A stretch of DNA of 63,405 nt, from the sequence record SRR22947725_3552. One strand, given 5' to 3'. Position numbers and translations under genes: made by a program. Of the stretch, positions 20,701-29,766 are shown piece by piece. A model generated the notes under the pieces. That model saw only the letters and a list, made by a program, of their open reading frames with translations, was not told the origin of the DNA and did no database searches. The first letter of the stretch is position 1. Every line of letters starts with the position of its first letter.

Positions 20701-21172
20701 ACAGGATCGATTCACTGACAACCTGCCCCTGCCCATAAGACACATCGCGGTATTGCGTTGGATAAGGATTGAACGCTGTTGCAAGAGTCACTCCATCAGA
20801 ATGTATTAATGCCAGAAATTCTCCGTCGGAGCTAAGCTTGAAATTGGTATGCAACGGTTTGTCCGGATTTTTTCGATCCTTACCCGACGCCCACACTATC
20901 AACAATTCTTTGGGGGCCAATATGGTCGATGGAAATTGCCATTCAGTGAGATTGTCCGCATCGTTGCTCAGAAACCAACCTGTTAAATCGACGGTTACAT
21001 TGGAGGGATTGTAGAGCTCAATCCAATCTGAACTGCCTCCATCTTCATCTTGAGCAGTGAGCCCATTGCTTGCCATGAACTCGGAAATCACTACCTGACC
21101 TTTCGATTGGGCGGAAAACGAGAAAATCAAGCACAGGATCACACACATTTGGAGAAACCATTTGTTTCGCAT
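14723..21172 (-). CDS. Large secreted multidomain protein: lamin-tail domains, PA14, chitobiase/FN3-like, CotH kinase-like, PKD-like, C-terminal module
   Basis: Signal peptide; VVISEFMA/ITEM/INEI LTD starts; NSDDGF (PA14); YTLDGTEP; YINGMYWGLYNTVER and NFY...HDAE (CotH); DPDSDGHVNRDEFEAGTDP. Confidence 0.85.
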   Translation of the reverse strand: MRNKWFLQMCVILCLIFSFSAQSKGQVVISEFMASNGLTAQDEDGGSSDWIELYNPSNVTVDLTGWFLSNDADNLTEWQFPSTILAPKELLIVWASGKDRKNPDKPLHTNFKLSSDGEFLALIHSDGVTLATAFNPYPTQYRDVSYGQGQVVSESILLNSGADLKFRIADGPAESTQWYQSGFSDAHWSTGKAGIGYQAFTPGFTVQKIDARSPVVHITTAESVIKSPSLQVGSVTELAPVLNFFDTGGAGNYGDDAPFPGVSIGVNQDDFVVLAIGTVIIPEDGYWSFGVNSDDGFSLEVGDQSMSFPNPRAPADTVAIMQFAKAGAYPLRLVFYERGGGAGLELFAAQGRFRRFDGSKFRLVGDVASGGLEVQTTGRAGGVNSALQTDIISQMHEKHASFYTRIPFSIDDPAQLESMTLKLKYDDGFVAFLNGVEVARDKAPSNAAWNSNATGIHGASQWESFAITRFMSELKSGSNLLAVQVLNAAADDADVFLDASLSEYKVEEKANHYFAEATPGELNAEGSLAFVADTKFNQDRGFYASPFELTILTSTEFAVIRYTLDGTEPSPSNGRTFGDPITINQTTTVRARAFREGYEPSNTDTQTYIFLEDVIQQASNGRAPEGWPAQWGSNTVDYGMDPEVVNHPDYRDTIIEDMQTIPSYSIVMDLDDMFGSSNGIYANPSRDGRQWERPCSVELIYPDGKDGFQINAGIRVRGGFSRSTNNPKHALRLFFRNEYGEPKLNYPVFGEDAAQSFDGFDLRTFQNYSWSFQGDSRGIFLRDQYNRDLQLAMGHNAERGEYVHLYINGMYWGLYNTVERPEASYGESYYGGDKDDYDVVKVEAGPYTINATDGNLEDWRTLFDAARAGFSSDAAYQRVLGNNPDGTRNPEYPVLVDVPNLIDYMLIILYGGNLDAPISNFLGNTRPNNFYSIRNRLGDFGFQHFVHDAEHTLLNVNQDRTGPYSAGSSFQYFNPQYLWQKLQDNDEFRLKVADHIHKHMFNGGVLTRERATELFLKRKEEIDRAVVAESARWGDSKRSDPFTRDNNWIRTINNVVNNFIRRRADIVFSQLQRDDLYPDVNAPVLNQFGGIVQDGFPLEVNKGNANRVYFTLDGSDPRLAGGGFAPGARLYQGSITINEHVQFAARSVSNGEWSALAQTDFIVARSFNELLVTEIMYHPHTDDTGEDEDVYEFIELKNVASTSLDLSGVSFTDGIDFTFPNGYVIESGAHLVLAKNETKFRSRYPSVPLAGSYTGSLNNGGERLTLVHAAGGIIFSLEYDDVQPWSLTPDGDGFSLVPFQTSQLQDQSQASSWRASSQRWGSPGREDIKAGLPRVLITEMLAHTDLPQLDSVEFFNPGEQEADIGGWYLTDDKNTPAKYVFPQGTRIPSGAYLVVTESDFNSIPGIDPSFTFSSIGESVFLFSADAQGELTGYSHGFDFGASANGVSFGQYYTSSGQVHYPPQTQLTLGASNAEPLVGPVVINEIGYAPDGGKPEFLEIKNISNQRITLFDLEAPSNTWKVEGIGFSFPVGVSMDPDEIMLIVNVSPDQFRSAFAIPGNVRVFGPFEGNLQANGERIRLMRPDTPNVTTDGEVVPMIAVDEVRYDSTLPWPDLSLSSGASIERLDARSYGNDPINWRSSQDQPSPGGENDGNKAPIAIAGIDQAITVLSLPAVFELNGKAQDDGLPESSENLSVHWKQISGPGVLYFEDSGLAQTRVSAPGVGDWLVELSVSDGALISTSQLKLTVERQVGNQTLIASGSAWKYMDDDMPQPDQWVHLDFSDADWKSGSAQFGYGDGDERTVISFGGNASDKAVTYYFRKFIQIARPSSVQSMKLGLIRDDGAIVYLNGQEILRHNLSEGDVSHQTFALAVVGGDDENTFFESSIDPNLLVEGQNVIAVEIHQANATSSDISFDMQINAESSPDNRAPEVQLVSEMWVEPKTWVALEGEWSDDGLPLQPGLTEVQWEQVSGPGGVSFQNDSLIPTMVRFPFTGDYLLQVHVTDGDLTTTRQLNVGVREEGISVSYEDWLVGFFTLSERADSKVSGENADPDSDGHVNRDEFEAGTDPREFNSVTKITSVTLDNAMNLQLELSTVPGRAYILQSKANLTDRSWKLLESKLADEGELTFQIQRERESSMLFFRVMVVKPLN

Positions 21173-21262
21173 GGTCAAATTCAGAGCAAAATTCAGGCCA
21201 TTTCAAAATACTAAATCGTTTTCAAAAACAGAACATTGTAATCAGGTTCATCAGGGAGCAAA

Positions 21263-22864
21263 GTGATCTCACTCATGGATCATGACACACCACAGGTAAA
21301 CATCCTCCTAACGCTCGAAGAAAGTGAATCTAAAGACGCGTGGAAACATGCATGTGCCGATGCTTTGGGTGTGCCTTTGGAGCGGATAAAAGAGGTTCGA
21401 CTGCGAAAACGATCCATCGATGCACGCCAGAGAACAATCAAAGTTCAACTCCGACTTGATGTGGGGCTGGATGCTTCGCTGCCAGAATTAGAATCTCCCG
21501 CAAACAGTTACCTGAAAATCTCTGAAAAAGCCCGTAAGGTGATCATTGTGGGCAGTGGTCCAGCCGGATTGTTTGCCGCACTGCAAGTCATTTCGCTTGG
21601 AATGCAACCCATTGTATTGGAGCGTGGAAAGGATGTTTCTTCCCGTCGATTCGACTTGGCCCCTCTGTTAAGAGAAGGGGTAGTAAACGAAGAATCGAAC
21701 TATTGTTTCGGGGAGGGTGGTGCAGGAACTTTTTCGGATGGAAAACTTTACACACGAGCCAAAAAGCGGGGGCCGGTTGCGGACATTTACCGCACTCTAG
21801 TTGCGCACGGGGCCCCGGAGAACATTCTCATCGAATCACATCCTCACATTGGCTCAAATTTATTGCCCAATGTGGTTCGAAAGATGCGTGAATCGGTAAT
21901 CGCTGCCGGTGGCGAAGTGCATTTTCAAACTAAGGTCACGGACTTGATCCTCTCGAAGGATCGTATCACTGGAGTAGTATGCAATGAAAACAAATCCTTT
22001 GAAGCAAAAGCGGTGATTCTCGCAACGGGGCATTCGGCACGCGATATTTATCAGTTGCTAAATGACAAAAAGATCCTTCTTGAATCAAAACCCTTTGCGA
22101 TAGGAGTTCGCATCGAACATTCCCAATCTTTCGTCGACCTTCATCAGTATCACCTGCAATCAGGGGAGCAACGGCCAAATGCACTCCCTGCGGCAAGTTA
22201 TCGATTGGCTACAAAAATTGATCATCGCGGGGTCCATTCCTTTTGCATGTGCCCCGGAGGCTTCATTGTTCCAGCAGCCACTTCCAATTCCGAAATCGTG
22301 GTGAATGGCATGAGCTTATCCAGAAGAGATTCTGCTTTTGCCAACAGTGGTATGGTCGTCACTGTCGAACCAGAAGATACCTCACATTACGAAAAAGAGC
22401 ACGGGCCGCTGGCTGGCATTGTTTATCAACAAAAAATCGAGCACGCCGCCAAGCAAGCTGGTGGCGGAGGTCAGGTTGCACCTGCTCAGCGAGTCACCGA
22501 TTTCCTCAAAGGAGCAGTTTCGTCGACATTACCCAAAACCAGCTATTTTCCTGGCACTGAATCGGTTGACCTGAATGAATTATTGCCCGCCGAAATCACT
22601 CGAAGACTGAAGCAAGGCTTCACACTCTTTGGCAATCAGATGCCAGGCTACATTACTGATTCGGCCATCCTTATTGGTTTCGAAACTCGAACCAGTTCGC
22701 CCGTAAGAATCCCAAGAGATCCCGATACTCTCGAACACCCCATGGTCAAAGGCTTATATCCTTGCGGTGAAGGAGCAGGCTATGCAGGCGGTATTGTCAG
22801 TGCTGCTTTAGACGGATTGAGGTGTGCTCAGGCAATCAAGAACGCCCGACACATTTCGCGCTAA
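21263..22864 (+). CDS. Uncharacterised FAD-dependent dehydrogenase family protein
   Basis: VGSGPAG, FGEGGAGTFSDGKL, FCMCPGG, GEGAGYAGGIVSAALDG; start may be ATG 21275. Confidence 0.88.
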   Translation: MISLMDHDTPQVNILLTLEESESKDAWKHACADALGVPLERIKEVRLRKRSIDARQRTIKVQLRLDVGLDASLPELESPANSYLKISEKARKVIIVGSGPAGLFAALQVISLGMQPIVLERGKDVSSRRFDLAPLLREGVVNEESNYCFGEGGAGTFSDGKLYTRAKKRGPVADIYRTLVAHGAPENILIESHPHIGSNLLPNVVRKMRESVIAAGGEVHFQTKVTDLILSKDRITGVVCNENKSFEAKAVILATGHSARDIYQLLNDKKILLESKPFAIGVRIEHSQSFVDLHQYHLQSGEQRPNALPAASYRLATKIDHRGVHSFCMCPGGFIVPAATSNSEIVVNGMSLSRRDSAFANSGMVVTVEPEDTSHYEKEHGPLAGIVYQQKIEHAAKQAGGGGQVAPAQRVTDFLKGAVSSTLPKTSYFPGTESVDLNELLPAEITRRLKQGFTLFGNQMPGYITDSAILIGFETRTSSPVRIPRDPDTLEHPMVKGLYPCGEGAGYAGGIVSAALDGLRCAQAIKNARHISR

Positions 22865-23088
22865 TTGAGGTGTCCACTTCAAGACCGATGCGCGTTTAAG
22901 GCCAAAAAATCAGACCGATGGCTGCAAGCCATAACGTCGAGTCCTTCCCCTCGGGAGCCATAGAGTATAGCCTCCACTCACGCCGTAACCGGACTCCAAA
23001 GAGCTCAAAAAATGTCACACGCATCGAATGAGACATGGTTCACCCTTGAAAATATATGGAGAACAACATATGATTTGAATCATGACAC

Positions 23089-23574
23089 ATGAAAATGTTA
23101 TTCGTCACTTTCGTTTTAGTTAGCTTATCGGGCTCAATACAGATTTCACTGGCTCAGGGCTTTTACGCCCTCTCGAGGCCAACCATCATGCATCCTGCAC
23201 GAGGCGTGTTTTTTGGACCTGTGCTTGCTCGTCCACAAATAGTGCAAGGAGGAGGAGCGCAAACATTCGCTCAACAGAAGCAAAGCCCAAAAGCAATCAC
23301 TCCGTGGGCTCAAAGCGATTCCAAAGCAGTTTCAAGAGATCAAATTCTATCCCGTATAGAGCGATTGTGGGGTCAGGTCCGACGTGGACAAACTCAGGCG
23401 ATGTATGCATTGGCAAAAATTTATGAGAAAGGGAATCCATTAGAACCACAACCCGCCATGAGTCACAGACTTCTCGTTATGGCAGCCCAAAAGGGCCACA
23501 AACGAGCCCTTGCTGATTTACGCAAGCAATCCAGCAAGGGCACAGACAGCAAAACGGCTAAATTGGAGAAATGA
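23089..23574 (+). CDS. Secreted Sel1-like repeat protein
   Basis: Signal peptide; AMYALAKIYEKG...AAQKGHKRA Sel1 repeat. Confidence 0.65.
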   Translation: MKMLFVTFVLVSLSGSIQISLAQGFYALSRPTIMHPARGVFFGPVLARPQIVQGGGAQTFAQQKQSPKAITPWAQSDSKAVSRDQILSRIERLWGQVRRGQTQAMYALAKIYEKGNPLEPQPAMSHRLLVMAAQKGHKRALADLRKQSSKGTDSKTAKLEK

Positions 23575-23582
23575 GCAATTCA

Positions 23583-24062
23583 TTACCTTCCTGATTGAAA
23601 CGAAAACCGGATTGCTGGCAATAAACCGAATTTGTGGCTTTTGATGCATGCTATCCAAAAAGAAAGGAAAATGAGCACCACATTTTGAATGAGTTTGTGG
23701 CAGACGATTACCTCTCCAGTACCGCATCCACAGTCGAATTGGATATCACAAAACGCAATACCACCAGCGGAATATAAGTCCAGAGCACGCCATGAAACCA
23801 TGCTTGTAAACGCAACCAGAAGTGCACCTAAACTGAATGCACTCGCCCTGACTCCAACGCCCAGCATCAGCAATAAACCGCACCAGACTTCAAACCAGGG
23901 CAACCAAGCTGCGACGACGTTCATTTGCCAGGGGGCTTGAAGAATATCAAATTCGCGGATACTCTTGAGAAAAGTCACCGGGTCCAGCGTCTTGGTCCAG
24001 CCAAGGTAGATGAACATTCCCCCAATGAATACGCGAATCAAAAAAGCAGCAGTGTCCTTCAT
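23583..24062 (-). CDS. MauE/DoxX-family membrane protein
   Basis: RVFIGGMFIYLGWTK, LPWFE, DCGCG; 4 TMs; overlaps the upstream gene (ATGA). Confidence 0.85.
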   Translation of the reverse strand: MKDTAAFLIRVFIGGMFIYLGWTKTLDPVTFLKSIREFDILQAPWQMNVVAAWLPWFEVWCGLLLMLGVGVRASAFSLGALLVAFTSMVSWRALDLYSAGGIAFCDIQFDCGCGTGEVIVCHKLIQNVVLIFLSFWIACIKSHKFGLLPAIRFSFQSGR

Positions 24063-24739
24063 GGTGTCTCTTGGGCTTGCTGCATGGAATGCAGTTCTTC
24101 AAAATCATCAAACCGATCTCCCATGGCGATTGGATAGGCTCCCCCGTTCCATCCGCGCATGCCTGCTGCATAGATAAAAAGTTTGTCCTGTGAGACGCCC
24201 AATTGTTGGAGATCTGTTGCGGTGAATTCGCTGTCTTCACAATGACCGCCACTGCAATAAACGATCACCTGTTCAGCGATCTGACACATCGGCAGTACCA
24301 GGTCAATGTATTGGTCTATTTTATAATGATCCAGTAGATAGGCGCCGGGAATGTGTCGCTCTTGAAAAAGGGTTTCATTTCGAGCGTCAATGAGAACAAC
24401 TTCACCAGATTCCAAACGTGGATCTTCCATCAGCGCGACAACTTCAGCAGTACTTTTGGGCTGAAACCCTTTCTGCATAAGCCGTTCAATCGATTGCTGA
24501 ACTTCCGTTTCGAATGAGTGATCAGAAGAATGCTGCCTCCCTGAGTTGGAATCTTTTAATGAAATTGTCTCGGAAGTGAGAAAGTAATCACGAGTCACAT
24601 CCAGACCATTGCTCGAATGATGGTTCAAAATTACTGACAAGGCAGTTCCGAGTCCAAGCACAAACAACCATTCAGGCCAGCTACTGTTAAGATCTTTGGA
24701 TGAAGCCACAAATATCCCTTGCGATAAGAGCTGTAACAC
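24059..24739 (-). CDS. Membrane-anchored rhodanese-like domain protein
   Basis: LIDAR...HIPGA...IVYCSGGHCEDS...GMRGW. Confidence 0.85.
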   Translation of the reverse strand: MLQLLSQGIFVASSKDLNSSWPEWLFVLGLGTALSVILNHHSSNGLDVTRDYFLTSETISLKDSNSGRQHSSDHSFETEVQQSIERLMQKGFQPKSTAEVVALMEDPRLESGEVVLIDARNETLFQERHIPGAYLLDHYKIDQYIDLVLPMCQIAEQVIVYCSGGHCEDSEFTATDLQQLGVSQDKLFIYAAGMRGWNGGAYPIAMGDRFDDFEELHSMQQAQETP

Positions 24740-24742
24740 CCA

Positions 24743-25753
24743 TTATTTTTTCAATTTCCGATAGGAACCCACGGGCACCTCGAAATCACTGAATTCTTCG
24801 TGGTTAGTCTTGAGTGTGAGCTTCGCATCCTTCAGCTCGTCCACGTTGAGTCCCGCGGGAAATGTCAGAGTCATACGATGATGTTTTCCATTGTTGAGAA
24901 TATTCGTGTCGATCTTGACACCTTCAACAGACATTTTCACATCAGATAATTCCAGAGGCGTGTCTTGGTAAGAGAGTACTGTCAGATACTTTTTCATGGG
25001 CTTCGCGAGCACTCCCTCCTTGAGTAAAATCCGATTGGGAACAACTTGAACGGGAGCCATGACGTAGGCAGTAGCCGAGATCTGGTGATTGCGTGCATCT
25101 GGGATATTGGTTTCAAAACGGATTGTCCCACGATTCGAACCGTAGACCAAAGGGGGAACCGTTGTGATCTCGATTTGGTATTCCTTGCCCTCGGTGATCG
25201 TCTTGAGAACTGCCTTGAATCGCTCACCTTCGACTCTGAGATTTTTGATTTGCATCTGCGTTTCGACCTGGTTGGTCACTTTGATGATTGAAGTTTTCTC
25301 GCCCGTGAGAGACTTGAGCGCAGGGAATGCGGCGACCTGCGGATCCACGACAACTGGCATCCAGACTTTACCTTTGATCTGCAGGAAGGAGGTTGGATGC
25401 TTTGGATCATTGCTGGTAACAGTAACCGATTTACTTAAGGGGCCCTTGAATCTGGTTGTACTAAGTTTGATCGGAATAATTCCAGAACGCCCTGGCTCAA
25501 TGGACTTGGAGAACTCTCCTGCAGTCGTACAACCACAACCGGGCCTTACACTCTTGATTTTGAGGACTTGGTTGCCTCTATTGAAGAACTTGAAGTCGTA
25601 ACGAATTTCCTCGCCTTGCTGCACGGTACCGAATTGGTAGACAGGTGTTTCAAATTCAATGACAGGAAAGGCTTCAACTTGATTATCCTGAGCCTTCGCA
25701 AGGGTCAGACCGACCAGAAAAAAACAGGCAGCAAATTTCGATAAAATATTCAT
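24743..25753 (-). CDS. Secreted DUF1573 (Ig-like) domain protein
   Basis: Signal peptide; FFNRGNQVLKIKSVRPGCGCT...IEPG...SNDP. Confidence 0.85.
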   Translation of the reverse strand: MNILSKFAACFFLVGLTLAKAQDNQVEAFPVIEFETPVYQFGTVQQGEEIRYDFKFFNRGNQVLKIKSVRPGCGCTTAGEFSKSIEPGRSGIIPIKLSTTRFKGPLSKSVTVTSNDPKHPTSFLQIKGKVWMPVVVDPQVAAFPALKSLTGEKTSIIKVTNQVETQMQIKNLRVEGERFKAVLKTITEGKEYQIEITTVPPLVYGSNRGTIRFETNIPDARNHQISATAYVMAPVQVVPNRILLKEGVLAKPMKKYLTVLSYQDTPLELSDVKMSVEGVKIDTNILNNGKHHRMTLTFPAGLNVDELKDAKLTLKTNHEEFSDFEVPVGSYRKLKK

Positions 25754-25833
25754 TTTTGCATTAAAAAAGGTTGATTCATGCTCGTGTTGGCGGAATAACG
25801 CAGCTGAAACAGCATTAAGGTTAATTCCAACAC

Positions 25834-26646
25834 TTACTCACTGTCGGCGATGATCGGTGAAATTGCAATGCCTGAATCGATGCGTCTGCGAGCTTTCATA
25901 GCCAAGTAAGGAGGCACATATTCGCAGCGATGAGCAAAACTTCCAGGCAAAGCGTCTGCTTTCCCATGCCAGGGCTCACGAAGATCTTCAATGACGAAGC
26001 CATGCCTGCACAAGCCACCAACAAGAGCTTCCAATGTGTGAAGGAATTCCATGGCCCCCGATTCCCGGTGCTCACTACCATCGATGGGAGGTAACTTTCC
26101 CTGATATCTTGCGGAAACCTCCACCGCATACTTACCGCACTCCGGTTTGGGTGTGGTCTGCAGACTGAAAGGTTGCTTGTGCTGAACAATGTATAACCCT
26201 CCTGGTTTGAGCACCCTAGCAACTTCTCGATGCAGGCCTTCGATGTTCTGGATGTAACAACTACTCACGGGTTGCATGATCAGATCAAACTCTTTTTCCA
26301 TCAAACCATGAAGATCCGTCATGCAGCGCTGAAGTCTCCGTATGCGAAAATCATATCGTTCGGCCATGATCCGATCCTTTTCCAGCATCGCTTCAGAAAT
26401 ATCCACGACAGTCACGTCTGCTCCCGCAGCTGCATATAGAGGAGCATGCTTACCACCTCCTGCCCCCAGACAAAGCACACGACGTCCTTGAACTCCTTTT
26501 GGCAACCATTGATAAATATTTATGTAGGGCAAAGGATTATTGAGAGCGCGCGCAGAGACAGTAGCTGTAAATCCACTCTTCATGGCAACCAATTTGTCCC
26601 ATATCTCAGCATTGTGCTGAGAAGCTTTTCTCGATAAATCTTCCAT
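25834..26646 (-). CDS. Class I SAM-dependent methyltransferase
   Basis: VLCLGAGGG, VVDIS, RVLKPGG. Confidence 0.9.
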   Translation of the reverse strand: MEDLSRKASQHNAEIWDKLVAMKSGFTATVSARALNNPLPYINIYQWLPKGVQGRRVLCLGAGGGKHAPLYAAAGADVTVVDISEAMLEKDRIMAERYDFRIRRLQRCMTDLHGLMEKEFDLIMQPVSSCYIQNIEGLHREVARVLKPGGLYIVQHKQPFSLQTTPKPECGKYAVEVSARYQGKLPPIDGSEHRESGAMEFLHTLEALVGGLCRHGFVIEDLREPWHGKADALPGSFAHRCEYVPPYLAMKARRRIDSGIAISPIIADSE

Positions 26647-26910
26647 CGTATGACTCGTTTATTTCGTAATTGTGAGTTTTATGATGGCCTGATTTAAGAA
26701 CCCTACCCAAAGAAAACGCAATAAAAACTAGTCTCAAGACCACTTTTCAGCATTTTCCTGATCAATGACATGAGACAATCGGCACTATAAACCTGAAAAA
26801 AGCCCTTTTTTGGCGATTAAAGAAAACAACTTGTAGGATCATGCACCCTTGGCTTGACCGACAATGAAAAATCCGATTGGATAAACACACCAAGCCACAA
26901 TATTAGGAAT

Positions 26911-28191
26911 ATGAACAAATTAATTGTCATTTTACTCGGATGCCTTGCGACAGGATGGATTGCCGGGTTACAAGCGGATGAACAATCTGCCATCGCAACG
27001 GTTGAATCATACGGAGGCCAGGTGCTGGGTATCGCCAAAGACGTCGAAGGCGTGCGTGTATTGATTCCCCCCAAGACTTTTGAAGGACGCGTTCTTACAG
27101 ACGCTGATCTCGAAGTCTTGAAAGAAATCCCGGGGATCATGGAATTAGATATCAAAAATGCAGGCATCGGAGATGCGGGTGTTGCCCATCTGAGCAATCT
27201 CGCAAGTCTGGAACGTTTGCATCTTGAAAAAACCAAAATCACTGACGCAGGCCTCAAGCACCTTACAGGGCTGTCCAACCTCGTTTATCTCAACCTGTAT
27301 GGTACCGAGGTAAGCGCGAGCGGTATGGATGCTTTGAAAACGTTGAAGAAACTGAAAAATCTTTATTTATGGCAGACAAAGGTAAGCGAAGATGCGGCAA
27401 AATCTTTTCAAGCAGCCATGGAGAAATCCGGCAATGACGCTCTGGAGATTAACCTGGGATGGGAGAAGGAACTCTTGAGCAAAGCCCGTCTGGCAGCTTT
27501 GAAAACTCAGCGCGAAGCTCTTGAAAGCAGCGCAACTGAAGAACCGACTGAATTGGTGGTTGCCGAAGACCCAGACTTCGCCACGCACATCATGCCTATT
27601 CTCGAGGCAAATTGTGTCAAGTGTCATGGGGAGGAAAAACAAAAATCCAAACTGCGTCTCGATAGCTATGCCGCAGTCATGGAAGGCACACCCGATGGCA
27701 AAATTGTTGTAGCAGGGGATTTGATCGGCAGTAGTTTATTCCAATTGATTACTTTGCCTGCAGATGATGATGACCTGATGCCTCCAAAAAACGGGCCTTT
27801 GAGTGAAAACGAAATCGCTCAAATTCGTAACTGGATCGTTAAGGGAGCCAAAGCTGAGGCTGAGGTGGTAGCTGTGGAAGAAACAAAAGTGGCATCCAAG
27901 GAAAGCGGTGTTTTTGGAGAATTTATCCTACCGATTTTAAAGGAAAGATGTGCGGACTGTCACGGAGAGGACAAGCAGAAAGCCAAACTGCGCCTTGATT
28001 CGCTGGCCGCGACACTTAAGGGTGCAGACGGAGAAGCTATCGTTGTCAGCGGTAAACCTGATGAAAGTTCCCTCTATGCACGTGTCATCCTTCCAGCAGA
28101 TCACGATGACCGCATGCCTCCTAAAGGAGATTTGCTATCAAAGGCACAAACCGACTTGATCAAGCTTTGGATCACGAGCGGCGCAGAGTAA
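26911..28191 (+). CDS. Secreted LRR protein with two Planctomycete cytochrome c domains
   Basis: Signal peptide; ITDAGLKHL-type LRRs; CVKCH and CADCH each followed by MPP and W; start moved to ATG 26911. Confidence 0.88.
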   Translation: MNKLIVILLGCLATGWIAGLQADEQSAIATVESYGGQVLGIAKDVEGVRVLIPPKTFEGRVLTDADLEVLKEIPGIMELDIKNAGIGDAGVAHLSNLASLERLHLEKTKITDAGLKHLTGLSNLVYLNLYGTEVSASGMDALKTLKKLKNLYLWQTKVSEDAAKSFQAAMEKSGNDALEINLGWEKELLSKARLAALKTQREALESSATEEPTELVVAEDPDFATHIMPILEANCVKCHGEEKQKSKLRLDSYAAVMEGTPDGKIVVAGDLIGSSLFQLITLPADDDDLMPPKNGPLSENEIAQIRNWIVKGAKAEAEVVAVEETKVASKESGVFGEFILPILKERCADCHGEDKQKAKLRLDSLAATLKGADGEAIVVSGKPDESSLYARVILPADHDDRMPPKGDLLSKAQTDLIKLWITSGAE

Positions 28192-28218
28192 AATATCTAG
28201 CAATTTCAGCATTGAAAG

Positions 28219-28251
28219 AAAGCGCCTCCAGTCAACTGGAGGCGTTTTTTT
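28219..28251 (+). terminator. Rho-independent terminator
   Basis: AGCGCCTCCAG-TCAA-CTGGAGGCGTT followed by a T-run. Confidence 0.9.
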
Positions 28252-28746
28252 ATTGAGGAACCTGTAAGCCTGCAATCCTCATGATAGATTTGCACAAGAA
28301 GCCTTGATTTTATTTGGATTTTCTTCCCCCCGAATCTCCCTCTATTCATGAAAAGAGTGCCGCTCTAGGCGTGATGGCATTGTAAGTTAACAAAAGATCG
28401 GGTCGCACCTTTTTCTTGATTCTTTTCACCACCATGAACGCAGTAAGTGAGAAGATATTAAGCGGAAATAAAGCGATCCTAACTGGTATGGATTCTGTAA
28501 ATCCTATCAAAACTTCGCATTTGTAAAAGCTGGTTTTCTCCTTGTTACCTCAGGTTTGGTGCTCCCCTGCCCAAACGCCTGCTTTGACTGGAGAAAAAGC
28601 CAGCAGAAAGAGCAGTATGCCTGGCAAGAAGAGTATACTTCAACAGACATTACATAGTTTTGCATTTAACAACAAAGCAACAATTAACGGCCTCATTGAG
28701 GTGCTTTCTACTTTACACCCCTGTATGCCATCGCTATAGGAATTAT

Positions 28747-29478
28747 ATGTCCACTTTGTTTATCCCCAGGCAAAAGGTATCGACTCATGCATTTACACTG
28801 ATCGAGCTACTGGTAGTTATTGCCATCATAGCGATCCTTGCAGGCATGCTTCTACCAGCCTTGAGCAAGGCCAAGGATAAAGCGAATTCAACTCTTTGCA
28901 GAAGCAATCTGAAACAAATGGGATTCGCCATCTTTATGTATGTGGACGATAATGATGGCAAACTACCATATGCATGGGGTGAGGGACCAAATTCTTACAT
29001 CCACGACGCGAATATCAATAATTTCGAAGCATTGCTGTTTAGCTACTATGGACGCTCTAAATTCGATGCTGCGCAACAAGGCCAAAACTTTACCAACGGT
29101 GTTTCACAATGCCCTATCCGTCTCAAGGAGCCTCTCAAAGGAGGCAATCCCTGGAAGATAAGTTATGGAATGAATCAGTACACATCCAAAAACTTCCCTA
29201 ACGCAAGGGGCAAGTTTCCTTCAGCCGATACAGCCAAACTGGGGAGTGTGCGCCAACCAACCCAAACTCTGTTGGTATCCGATCTTGCTTATGTGCGCAA
29301 CCATCCCCCCATTATCAACCTTTCCACCAATAATCTTGGCTACCGTCACGGCGAACGTTATCCAAATGGCGGAGCAATGACTCTTTTCATGGACGCACAT
29401 GTTGCGAGTTTCAAGCAATCCCAGACCAATGGGATAGTTCTCGACTTCAAGGTAAACCCGAATCTAGTACTTCCGTGA
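28747..29478 (+). CDS. Prepilin-type N-terminal cleavage/methylation protein (DUF1559-like)
   Basis: [34 protein letters not shown]...LFMDAH; ATG 28747 preceded by AGGA. Confidence 0.9.
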   Translation: MSTLFIPRQKVSTHAFTLIELLVVIAIIAILAGMLLPALSKAKDKANSTLCRSNLKQMGFAIFMYVDDNDGKLPYAWGEGPNSYIHDANINNFEALLFSYYGRSKFDAAQQGQNFTNGVSQCPIRLKEPLKGGNPWKISYGMNQYTSKNFPNARGKFPSADTAKLGSVRQPTQTLLVSDLAYVRNHPPIINLSTNNLGYRHGERYPNGGAMTLFMDAHVASFKQSQTNGIVLDFKVNPNLVLP

Positions 29479-29628
29479 GTGGGGACAAATCCAATCCCCA
29501 CTTTATCATTAACTACAACTAGTGATACTTTATAAAATCTAAGTAAGTATTACTTATTTAAACATACATATTCACAAGTTGTTGTAGGCGTGCTTTATCC
29601 CCTCCTTCTATTTTACCACTTAAAGCAT

Positions 29629-29658
29629 TTGACATTCGTGAATCACCACAAATAATAT
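29629..29658 (+). promoter_or_regulatory. Candidate sigma70 promoter for the repeat protein gene
   Basis: TTGACA-N18-TAATAT in an AT-rich intergenic region. Confidence 0.4.
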
Positions 29659-29766
29659 GAGTTGTTCCCTTTTTAAACCTCGACTGCATCGGCAATACTG
29701 CTTGCTCATGCGTTTGGCCAATTAGGGATAAACTGTACTCAATAGCTGAAATAACACAGATATAGT

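Noticed and set aside
22936-22960. tRNA 3'-end remnant or att site (GTCGAGTCC...GGAGCCA)
   Set aside because: Wrong spacing from T-loop to CCA, no cloverleaf and no integrase nearby
28484-28499. Sigma54 promoter candidates (also near 29690 and 63270)
   Set aside because: The -12 GC is missing or the GG-to-GC spacing is off by one
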